Assembly (NCBI GenBank): GCA_965644265.1
Contig: OZ286468.1
Span: 98,952,001-99,016,000 of the forward strand
Source of the DNA: Glycera tridactyla
Taxonomy: Eukaryota
Direction: 5' to 3'
Length of the DNA: 64,000 bases
Shown here piece by piece: positions 49,716 to 59,092 of this stretch. The position numbers were made by a program, and so were the translations under genes. Position 1 is the stretch's first letter; the number at the start of each line of letters is the position of its first letter. The notes beneath the pieces were generated by a model. It searched no databases. It was not told where the DNA came from and worked only from the letters and a program-made list of their open reading frames with translations.

Positions 49716-50428
49716 TGGATTGATTTGCTTCAAAAATTGTGAAGTGTAATTTCACTGATGAGTTGAAGGAATTGTTAATTTGCACTTTGGGTTGATTTTT
49801 GGTTATCTATGCCAGAATAATGGACGGACTACATGCTATCACATATTTTCTTGGCAACAGCCAGATAAATCATGGGGGGACATTGTTTAATGAACTTAAA
49901 GGTATTCTCATTGCCATGGTTATTTGAGATAATATAAACCATACATGAGTTACTTACTCTGAAGTAGGACAGATGCATGTCAATTGTATGAAGTCCATCA
50001 AAGAAGCTTGAATTGTGTTGTTGTTTTATAAGGGATTAGGCATGGGAATATCATAGGGGCACATGGTATCATCTACATCTGATCGGTCACATTCAGATTA
50101 TTGAAATATGACAGAACACAGATATCCATGAAAAAGACTGTTTTATTCATTGTGATTGTGTTTATATATATATAATAAATAATTTAAAAAAATTGGTAGT
50201 TGTCATTTCCTTGAAATCTGACTGATCCTAGTATGTGCCAACTTCTTAAATAAATCAGCACAGTTTCATTGAAATCAGCACTGTGTTGGTAATCATGACT
50301 GGTGTGAAAACATGACTGTCAAATCTCCAACTGCTGTTAGGACTCCATATGTGAAAGCAGCAATCTTAATTCATTGCCTGAAATCTACCCACTGCAATGA
50401 ACTATATTTGGGTCAGAATAAGATGATA

Positions 50429-51085
50429 CAGTAAAACCTCTCTTGATAGACAGGCACAACTGTCAACCACAAGCGGTCTCTCAAAAGAAATGGTCTCTCA
50501 CTGGAGGTATATTTGACTATGCCAAATGGAAAAGAACCAATTGAACACAGTCTCTCAAAACAGAGCAGTATAGTAACAGGCTCCATTGTATGAGCTGACT
50601 TGAATTCCATTTAAACTTATCATGAAGATGAAAGAATGGGGCATACTTTTTTTTTAGGACACAGACTCTCCATCTTGCCGAAAGAGAGACCAGTTGGGAA
50701 TATTCCATGTACAGTTGAACCGGTCACATCAAAAAGTGGTCCTTACAGGCAGGTGGTCTTTATTGAGAGGTCAGTTACCATTAAAAATACTACCAAAGTC
50801 GCAGCTCAGCCTGGTCTTTATAGAGAGATGGTCCCTATAGAGAGGTGGTCTTTAGAGCAGGTTTGACTGTATGATCAACTGTAATTTCTGGTAATCATTG
50901 CTGGGTACAGTGGAACCAGCTATGAGACCCATTTACGAGAGACCACCTCTGACGAGAAAACCGCTTATTGAGACAGTTTAGTCCTATTTGACATGGTCAA
51001 ATATGCCTCCAATGAGACACAACCTCTTTTGTGAGACTGCTTTTCCTATCGCATTTAGGGCAGTCTCCCATTGCAGGTTTCACTG
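50429..51085. mobile_element. Three further MITE copies: 50429-~50575 (truncated), 50712-50869 and 50908-51085
   Basis: TA|cagtaaaacc, TA|cagttgaacc...ggtttgactg|TA and TA|cagtggaacc...ggtttcactg, each with the family's gagaccac/gtggtct motifs. Confidence 0.7.
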
Positions 51086-52207
51086 CAGAAAGTTCAGATG
51101 AGTGATCAATCATTGAGAATCCACATTAACCCTGACAGTTTTGAAGTACCTTTAATCCCATTTTTTGGGCCTACAAATATCTGGCTCTGGCTAGTAAAAC
51201 AAGGCAGGTAAACCTAGGATGGATATATGGATGGATGGATGGATGGTTGGATGAATCAGCAATTCCAAACACAAGGTCATAAACAGTGCTTTAGCACTCA
51301 ACATAAAGGCATCTTTGACAGGTAAACACTCCTGACTTCAGTGTGATGGTCTTGCAAATATAACACCTCTTGGCCAGCACTGCACATGCAGTCATCTTCC
51401 TTGATCAATAAATAACCCAACTTCACTGTGGCATTGTTGATATAAGTTGATGGCTGGCTATGTGCAGTGAAGAAATGATGGTTAGCGACTGATGCCTGAC
51501 AGCCATGTGCGTTTGTTTACATACAAACCACTAGCGCACCATGCAGAGGCAGCGCTAATCAACTACTCCGTACCGGCCTCCTTTTCCCCAGGAACGAGGT
51601 CGGCAGCCAGCCAGGGTGGACCCATGTGGTAGCGCGTTCTACCACGCCGAGACGGATTACAGTCCTCTCGTGCTGTGATCGAGAGCGGGCGCACCCCCTC
51701 TGCGTCGTCTGCTTTCGGCTTTTGAATGACACTGTGCCCGCCAAAGTTCGAAGGGGGTGTGCTTGTTGCATGTAAGATCGTGCTCGAGGACTGTGGTAGC
51801 GGGACCCCAGTCCTCCTACCTAGTTCTCTGTTTCGCCGACAGAGGCGTTACTCTGTATGCATGATTATTCAGATCGAAGTAGTCTCAATAGACCATATTT
51901 TCTGAGTTATTTCACGATAAACTCATACTTTGATATGGTTTTAGATTGAAGTGTACTATTTGTTCATTTTTGATCATATTTTGATTGAGATGTATCATGA
52001 TATGACTCCTTGATCAATTCAGGAAAAGTATAACTCGTCCCAACCCTATCTTGGTGATATCAGCCCTGTACAGATATTCAATGTTGTCTATTTTCCCGGC
52101 TGATTTCTGACAGTTTTACAGGGTTTTCAGGCTTAATCGGCAGTGATCGGTGTTCATTGAACATTTATCATGCATTAATGGTGTGGCAAAACTATGATTA
52201 ACCCCTC

Positions 52208-52322
52208 CCGCGCGTACAGGGTCGGCACCACCACGTCCTCCACCCGCGCTACCGTCCTCGGCCCTGCGGGCCTCGGACGGTGCTCGTGCTCGGACGTGGT
52301 AGTGCCGACCCTGTACACGCGG
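52208..52322. repeat. GC-rich long inverted repeat (31-bp arms, 2 mismatches) with nested inner stems
   Basis: 52208-52238 versus 52292-52322; inner ACCGTCC/GGACGGT and GGCCC/GGGCC. Confidence 0.9.
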
Positions 52323-53469
52323 TCGTAGTTAATCATTAAGACCCCGGACCTCCTCGCTAGTTCTCTGCATTGCCGACAGGGACGCTTTACCTTGCATATA
52401 AGCATTCAGACATTAGTGATCCCAAAGACTTACATTTTTCCGGCCATTTTACAACAAACTTGCATTCTGATGAGTTGGATGAATTAGGTGAACTATTTCT
52501 TGGTTTTTGATCTTTTTCTATCCAACATCTATCATTGTGTGACTGCTTGATTCCATTTTAGATAAGAAACTCATTGCAACCCTATCTCAGTGATATTGGC
52601 TCCATACAGATATTTAATATTGCCTATTTTCCGACTGTTTTCACTGGCTTCCTGACAGTTTTACAAGATTTTTAAGCTTAAACAGCAGCGTTCAGTGTTG
52701 CTCAGACGTTCAATATTCATCAATGTGTGGCAGAACTACAATTAACCCCTCCAGCGCTACTTGGTCAGACTGGTGCGTCGGACGTGGTAGCGCCGACCAA
52801 GCGCGCGCTGTCGTGGTTGATCACTAAGATAACGAACAGACCCCACATACTCAAGGGAGATCGGTGGAAGCTCAGAACAGAAAGATGTTATGATATATGA
52901 TGAAAGTATCAGTATATATCCCCGTCACATAAATGCACAATCTCAAGAATAGGAAACGGTAACTCGGAAATCATCCCCAATATGATTCACAATAGGCCTC
53001 ACCCTAGAAGATTAGAAGTGCAGAAATGTTCATTATGACAGGCAGATAGATGACCCGGCAAGACGCAATTTGTTCAAATACTTGCATTGTCACTAATATT
53101 GATCACCAGCATATCTGGAGTGAGGCTTCAGAATATCATCACATGTTTAATATCATATCATTAAGATAAGATAAGGGAAAAACTCAGCATAACACTCACC
53201 TATGTGACCAGACTAGACTCAATTAATTTGTCTCATACCCAATCCGTGCTCGAGGATATACAATGATGGGTCAGTATTAAGGTCCCTGAACATTGTGACC
53301 CTGTGAACAGATATTCAGATTGAAATATACCTGTACAAGCTCGGATCATGGAGATTGCCAGCTAACTATCACACTGACCTATATCAACCAGCAAGACCCA
53401 ATTCTTGTGTCTCATGATTGAACTTTCGTCACTAATATCAAATAACGAAACAGGATTGAGAATTCAAAA

Positions 53470-53769
53470 TTTAATTTACGAGTAAATTGTTTTTTGAGGA
53501 ATGTATAAGGATTAATTTTAGAGGCCTGACTCAGTAGCTCCGCGAGAGGTCAGGATATTTATTAGCGAGTCCGTTTATAGGCTTCCAGGAATTTTGTAAA
53601 ATATGACAGTATGCAAGTTTGGTGTGTTTATTTATGACCTTGATATCAGGAGTTTTGTTTGACAAAAAGCTTTTTGTTTTAGGAGTTTTTGTCAAAATAG
53701 AGGGCGCTTTTGCGCCCTATATAGGGCCGAGAGGCCACGCGATCGACCTCACTTCCAGTTTTTCTCGAA
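53470..53769 (+). repeat. Split direct repeat A1 (300 bp)
   Basis: Runs from tttaatttacgagtaaatt to ttttctcgaa; direct copy at 59896-60195. Confidence 0.95.
53718..53757 (+). promoter_or_regulatory. Putative Pol II core promoter of the element (TATA box plus initiator)
   Basis: TATATA at 53718-53723 and an Inr-like TCA(+1)CTTC with A at 53751, 33 bp downstream. It is preceded by a perfect hairpin AGGGCGC-TTTT-GCGCCCT (53701-53718). The transcription start is inferred, not observed. Confidence 0.55.
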
Positions 53770-53778
53770 GGTGTGTAC

Positions 53779-54549
53779 ATGATTGGAATACCTCGTAGAT
53801 ACATGGCATGGTTTAAGCCGAAAGCGCCCTGGATACCGGTTGACCAGTGGTTAGGGCGGCAGCCTACCGCGGTAGTCTTAGGTCACTCCTTTGCACGGAG
53901 GCAAGAGGCAGGTTTGTTGGTAGAAATTGACAACCTGGGTCTGTCCCAGAGTTTAGCAGACGGAGGCATAACACGTGGAGCAGCTAATGCTTTAGCTCTC
54001 AATGTAGATGACAACTTTTCCGAGGTTAATTTCAGGAGTTGCAATTTTGTGAGGGAATATGAGGAAGATAGAGATATAGCTGACAAATTGTTAGTGTTGG
54101 GGGCCCTTTCGCCGGATGTATTGCTCTTTGATCTTGGATCTAATGATCTTACAAAATCTTGGAATGATCCAAGGGAGGTAGTGGCGGACTTGTTTGAGTT
54201 AGGGGTTCGCCTGCGTGCCAGAAGGAGGGTCAAAATAGTGGCATACATGTCATGCTTAGACCGCGCTAATACCATTTCATCGTTCCGCTCCAATGCTAAC
54301 CAGTTCAATCACATGTTGTGTGCTTGTTGCGAAGGCCTGGAGGGCCAAATGTTTCACCGAACCAGAGGGTTTGGTTCAGTTGAACCAGGCACACCAAGCA
54401 CAGTAGAGGAGTGGAGTGAGGACGGAATTCATCCTTTGGAAGGCACCAGGCATTTCCGAAAATACACAAAAGAAATGAGGCAAGCCATTCTGGAGTGTCT
54501 GCCGGGTCTGGGGCGCTTGGTGAGGAATTTTCCAGCCATGCGAGACTAA
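53779..54549 (+). CDS. SGNH/GDSL-family hydrolase (esterase-like) carried by the retrotransposon
   Basis: The 258-aa track ORF has its first ATG at 53779 and an alternative ATG at 53803. Block I VVLGHSF (Ser39, 53887), block III DLGSNDL (Asn124) and block V DGIHP (Asp217/His220, 54421) are all intact, with no stops. Confidence 0.85.
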   Translation: MIGIPRRYMAWFKPKAPWIPVDQWLGRQPTAVVLGHSFARRQEAGLLVEIDNLGLSQSLADGGITRGAANALALNVDDNFSEVNFRSCNFVREYEEDRDIADKLLVLGALSPDVLLFDLGSNDLTKSWNDPREVVADLFELGVRLRARRRVKIVAYMSCLDRANTISSFRSNANQFNHMLCACCEGLEGQMFHRTRGFGSVEPGTPSTVEEWSEDGIHPLEGTRHFRKYTKEMRQAILECLPGLGRLVRNFPAMRD

Positions 54550-54555
54550 CTGGAG

Positions 54556-54683
54556 GTATGCAATAAAAGGGGGGGGGTGGGAGGGGAAGGAGGGGAGGGA
54601 GGGTGGGTGCTCTCAAATTTGATAGTGAAACTTGTTGACAAGCTTGTATGTTTCTCGTCCCTTCGTTGTTGTTAATGTTTCAG
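54556..54683 (+). promoter_or_regulatory. Inter-ORF signal block: splice-donor-like GTATG, AATAAA, G-rich tract and splice acceptor
   Basis: AG|GTATGC at 54556, AATAAA at 54562-54567, G-runs at 54569-54607, then a pyrimidine-rich tract ending TTTCAG at 54683, one base before the gag ATG (54685). Confidence 0.55.
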
Positions 54684-54684
54684 G

Positions 54685-56638
54685 ATGGCAAAACGCATGG
54701 GTCAAGATGACCTGGGAGGTATTCCCAGGAAGAAACCAGCAACTCTCGGGCGTATGCCTGAAGCGTTTGAAAGTACGACTGAATCTCAGTTCATAGTGGA
54801 TCCATATGCGAATTTATTGGACCCATCCATACCAGGTAATGATACATCTGTATCTTCTCAGAACATGGACTTGGGGAGTCAGATCCCTTGTGGTCAGAAA
54901 CAACCAGAACAGACAATGCAATCACACACGCAAACATCGAGCACCAATGCCAATGCTGATTTGGGCGGGATGTTGAACTCACTCAGGCGGATAGCATCGG
55001 ACACCTGTTCAATGCAGAATAGGAATATTGTTGGCGGGATCGGACGCCCAGTTCGCAACCCTTTTCCCACCTGGGGAGGGTAGGTTTAACCCTTATGCCA
55101 TGCCTCCTCCTTATCATCATCAGTTACAGGACAGTGCTCAGACCCAAGGTTTGACAGACCCTTCTGTTGCGGGTCTCCGCAACGATTTGGAGCGTGTCGA
55201 AAATATGGCGCTGCAACATATGGCTGTGCTGACAGACCTTTTGGGTAACATCAGTAACCGAGTTGATGGCTTATCTAGAGCATCAGATGGAGGTCTACAC
55301 GTTCGACACCTTGGGCCAACAGCGGGAGGAAGCATGAGGCAAGGTATGGTGAAAAATTCTTCAAAAAATAATTTTGATACCTCATACACTCAAAGTACAA
55401 GTACGCAGGACATAGATGAAAGACAGAGTAATCCCGACCGGCACACCGGTCTCAGTAGAAGGGGACTGGGACATGCAGGCTTGTTCGGTAATTTGGATGT
55501 AGGTAATGGTATGGGAGCAAACATGACAGAAAGTAATGGACAGGGGTTTGACAATGGGAACCAACGACGCATGACTAATGACATAACAGGACGGTCAGAT
55601 TTCGACGAACGCCGGGGATTGAGTAGTTTCAATCCAGGACCAATGGTCTCAGATATGAATCATACAATGTTCAATTCCGATTCTTCAATGTGGAACCCTT
55701 GGTCTCCGCCAATACATAACATATCTACCTTCGAACGCTTAGAAGGGCTACGCACACGTGCAACCAATGGTAGATTTCAAGGTTCCGATGCAATGGTGTC
55801 CGCCACTTCAGCGGCGGGTTTCAGGGATCCTGCCACACATGGTGTGAATAATTGTAATATAGTTTCTCCCTTTGGAGCTATTCACCCTGGTCTAGGTTCT
55901 GCTAGTGCAGCGGGTTAGTTAAGGGATCCTGAACCTAGGAAAATAATAATGGCAGGATTACCTATTGGTTATAATGTTGAACTAAGCTCGAGGATAGATA
56001 TCTGGCAGGACAGGTTCATAGACCTGGGGGAATTGTTACAGCCAATAAAAACCACTAGGAAGCACTATGTGGTTGACGGCAGGACCGGAGAATTTGTTCT
56101 TTCAAAAAAGAAACGGTCCATAGACAGCATACACGATTGGGACGAGGCATTTTTAATATTTCAGGCAATTTACAATGCCCATCCCTTTAAATCTGCCCAA
56201 CAAAAAGCAAAAGATGGCTTTGATTTGCTTACATATGGAAGCGAGGTCAGGGAAATTGCGGCGCACGGAGGTGACTATTTATTATACGATGAGACATTCA
56301 GAAGTTTGCGTTCCACCATGGCTGAGCCTTACCCTTGGTCAACATTTCACCTGGTTTTGCATCAGAAATCTAACAGACCTAGTACCTCTCCTCCCGAAAA
56401 GGTAACTAACAAGAACGAATTTAAGAATTCCAAGCTTAAAAAGGGTTTCTGTACGTTCTATCATGCCCAAGGAAAGCGTTGTCTATACGATAAATGCACA
56501 TTCAAACATTTTTGCCCTTCATGCAGTGGGAAGCACCCGGTATACGCATGCAAGTCATCCTCAAACAATGGAGGAAGCACAAAGAAGGATAGAGCTGGAG
56601 GAAATAATGACGCCGGTAATTCCCCATCGTCTCAATAA
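54685..56638 (+). pseudogene. gag: gag-like ORF1 of the Ngaro element, disrupted by one frameshift and one in-frame stop
   Basis: Three track ORFs: 54685-55083, then a shift to 55028-55918, then an in-frame TAG at 55916-55918 continuing into 55949-56638. The C-terminal part has a DIRS/Ngaro gag-like core (IWQDRFIDLGELL...WDEAFLIF...YDETFR) and tandem zinc fingers C-x9-C-x4-C-x3-H and C-x2-C-x3-H-x4-C. Confidence 0.75.
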
Positions 56639-58184
56639 CCTTCTTCAGGGATACCCAGAAGGTGAGATAGCTTACCTAGTGAAGGGTTTCACCTGGGGCT
56701 TTGACATAGGTTTCAAAAGAATATCCCCAGCCTATAGGGCCAGGAACCCTTTATCCATAAAAGATTTGTCTGAAGAAGCCAAGTCCTTGGTTCACAAGGA
56801 TGTTGAACTGGGTCGAATTGTAGGCCCTTTTAAGACACCACCATTTGTGAATTTTCAAGTGTCTCCAATCACTGTAGTCCCGAAAAGAGAGCAGGGAGCT
56901 TATAGGCTAATACACAACCTCTCCGCGCCTTATAATGAATTGGCCATAAATCACCATATTCCGGACACGGAGGCTTCTGTTTCTTACACTACAGTTAAAT
57001 CGGTGGTAGATTTTGTAATTCAGACAGGTAAAATGGCATATCTTTGCAAAACGGATGTAAAGTCTGCTTTCCGGATAATTCCGGTTAAACCGGAACAATA
57101 TCATTTACTAGGTTCAAAATTAGAGGAGGATTACTTTGTGAACAGATGCCTAGCAATGGGTGCACGATCTTCGTGTAGAACTTTTGAACGCTTTTCATCA
57201 GCGTTGCATTGGATCTGTGAGAACAAACTGGGAATACACCAGGTGGCGCATATGCTGGACGACTTTTGTCTGGTAGGTAAGGGTAGAGATGAATGCAAAC
57301 GTCACCTGGTGGCATTCCAGAATCTTTGCTCAGAACTTGGAGTGCCTCTATGCCCAAAGAAGATGGAGGAACCAACTCAGTGCTTATCATCTTTGGGTAT
57401 AGAGATAGACGTATGCAAAGGGTTTGTTCGGGTACCAAGAGATAAATTGCATAAATACGCGGACCAAATCAACAACATTCTTGAATCCAGGTCTTGTACT
57501 TTCGGATCTCTTCGTTCATTGATCGGGAAGCTGAATTGGGCCTCTTCTTTAATTGTACCGGGCAGATCATTTCTCAGAGGTCTGATTAATGCAACCAAAG
57601 GTTATACGAATCCGGCTTTCTTAGTCAAATTCACCACAGATTTGAAAGATGATTTGCTCATGTGGCAATCTTTTCTGGTGAGTTATAATGGTTTCTCCTT
57701 TTTGCGGGAGCTGACTTTGAACAAACACACAGTGGAGAGTATAGCTACGGACGCTTCTAAAATAGGGGCGGGAGGAGTATATGGGAAGCTATGGTTCCAT
57801 TTGAGTTACAAAGGGAAGTGGTCCATGCAAAACATCGCATATCTGGAATTCTTCCCGATACTAGTAGCTTTAGTTACTTTTCGAGTTTCTCTTAGGCACA
57901 GAAAGGTAATTTTTAAATGCGACAATATGGCGGTTTGTGAAGTGATCAACAAGAGGTCAGCTAAAGACCATGACCTCATGAGGTTAATGCGCCATATAAT
58001 GTTATTTGCATTGTTAAATGATATTGATGTGTTTGCAGAGCATATACCTGGGGAGGACAATGTCCTACCTGATCTCATCTCTCGTTCTCGTTGTTCACAG
58101 GAATTGTTGCTAGCGAAGGGTATGGCGATACACCCGGTATCAATCTCAGACGGGTACAATCCGACAATCTGTGGCATTTGGTGA
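56463..58184 (+). CDS. pol: Reverse transcriptase / RNase H ORF (573 aa, open), overlapping gag and YR in a different frame
   Basis: RT motifs YRLIHNLS, KTDVKSAFRIIPV, LAMGARSS and HMLDDF (57252-57263, with M in place of Y). RNase H motifs ATDAS, IAYLEF, CDN and HIPGEDNVLPDLISR. The true start or expression mode is uncertain. Confidence 0.92.
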   Translation: MPKESVVYTINAHSNIFALHAVGSTRYTHASHPQTMEEAQRRIELEEIMTPVIPHRLNNLLQGYPEGEIAYLVKGFTWGFDIGFKRISPAYRARNPLSIKDLSEEAKSLVHKDVELGRIVGPFKTPPFVNFQVSPITVVPKREQGAYRLIHNLSAPYNELAINHHIPDTEASVSYTTVKSVVDFVIQTGKMAYLCKTDVKSAFRIIPVKPEQYHLLGSKLEEDYFVNRCLAMGARSSCRTFERFSSALHWICENKLGIHQVAHMLDDFCLVGKGRDECKRHLVAFQNLCSELGVPLCPKKMEEPTQCLSSLGIEIDVCKGFVRVPRDKLHKYADQINNILESRSCTFGSLRSLIGKLNWASSLIVPGRSFLRGLINATKGYTNPAFLVKFTTDLKDDLLMWQSFLVSYNGFSFLRELTLNKHTVESIATDASKIGAGGVYGKLWFHLSYKGKWSMQNIAYLEFFPILVALVTFRVSLRHRKVIFKCDNMAVCEVINKRSAKDHDLMRLMRHIMLFALLNDIDVFAEHIPGEDNVLPDLISRSRCSQELLLAKGMAIHPVSISDGYNPTICGIW

Positions 58185-59059
58185 GAACGATGGTGGATGG
58201 TGCGTTTGCAAAGTCAACTGTCACGAGTTACAAGGCTATTTGGGAACAATATTGTAAGTTTGTACACATGATGGCACTTCCCTGGTCCCAGGCGTCGGTA
58301 TATTTGTTTGTAGCCTTTCTGGCAAACAAGGGTTTGAAAGCTTCGTCTATAAAATCAAAACTGTCTGGTTTGTCCCATGGATTCAAGTGTCGTAATTGGG
58401 AGGATTTCAGCAAGCATTATGTAGTGGGGAAAATGCTAAGTGGTCTGTCACAAGATACGGGATCGAGAGACAGTAGAATGCCTATAAGTCGTGCTAGTCT
58501 GATACAGCTACTTGATTGCATTCGCAGAATGCTACCAGTTGGTTATGAACAAATTCTGCTATGTACGATGTTCTTATGGGCGTATAGCGCCTGTTTAAGG
58601 GTACCGGAATATGCTTTCACAGGGACAAGCGACCATTATATAAGACTGAGAGATTTAAAAAGAATCAGCTCGGGGGGTGATGTAGTGGCACATCACCTAA
58701 CGTTAAGATCTTATAAGTTTTCATCTGGTCAAAAGTAATTTATCATTGAACAACTGGATAAACCATGGTGTCCAGTAGCCACGATGGAGAGTTATTTGAA
58801 ATACAGAGGTAATTGTCCAGGCCCGTTATTTGTCAAGGAGGGACGTCCCATTTCAAGTAGATATGTCAACGGATGGTTGGCTAGGTTGGGACCCTTAGTA
58901 TATAAGAAAGGTGCGGTTATCAGCAGTCATTCCTTCAGAATTGGCCGCTGTTCAGATTGGGCTGAGGAAGGTTTAACAGACCAGCAAATCAGAACCAAAG
59001 GTAGATGGGCTTCAGATGCTTTCAAGAGTTATGTCCGTCCTGATGTAGTCAATTTATAG
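58091..59059 (+). pseudogene. Tyrosine recombinase (YR) ORF interrupted by an in-frame TAA
   Basis: Track ORFs 58091-58738 and 58784-59059 are in the same frame, separated by TAA at 58736-58738 (SSGQK*FIIEQLDKPWCPVATM). Catalytic motifs: LR(V)PEY, RSYKF, SHSFRIG (HxxR), GRWAS and FKSY (Tyr). Confidence 0.9.
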
Positions 59060-59092
59060 TGGCCGCCTGAGAGCATCGCTCCTCGGGGCAGG

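Noticed and set aside
51780-51825. HDV-like ribozyme fold around GAGGACTG/CAGTCCTC
   Set aside because: Only 14 nt lie between the P1 strands, too few for P2, P3 and L3. I found no convincing hammerhead core here or in the 40-bp array.
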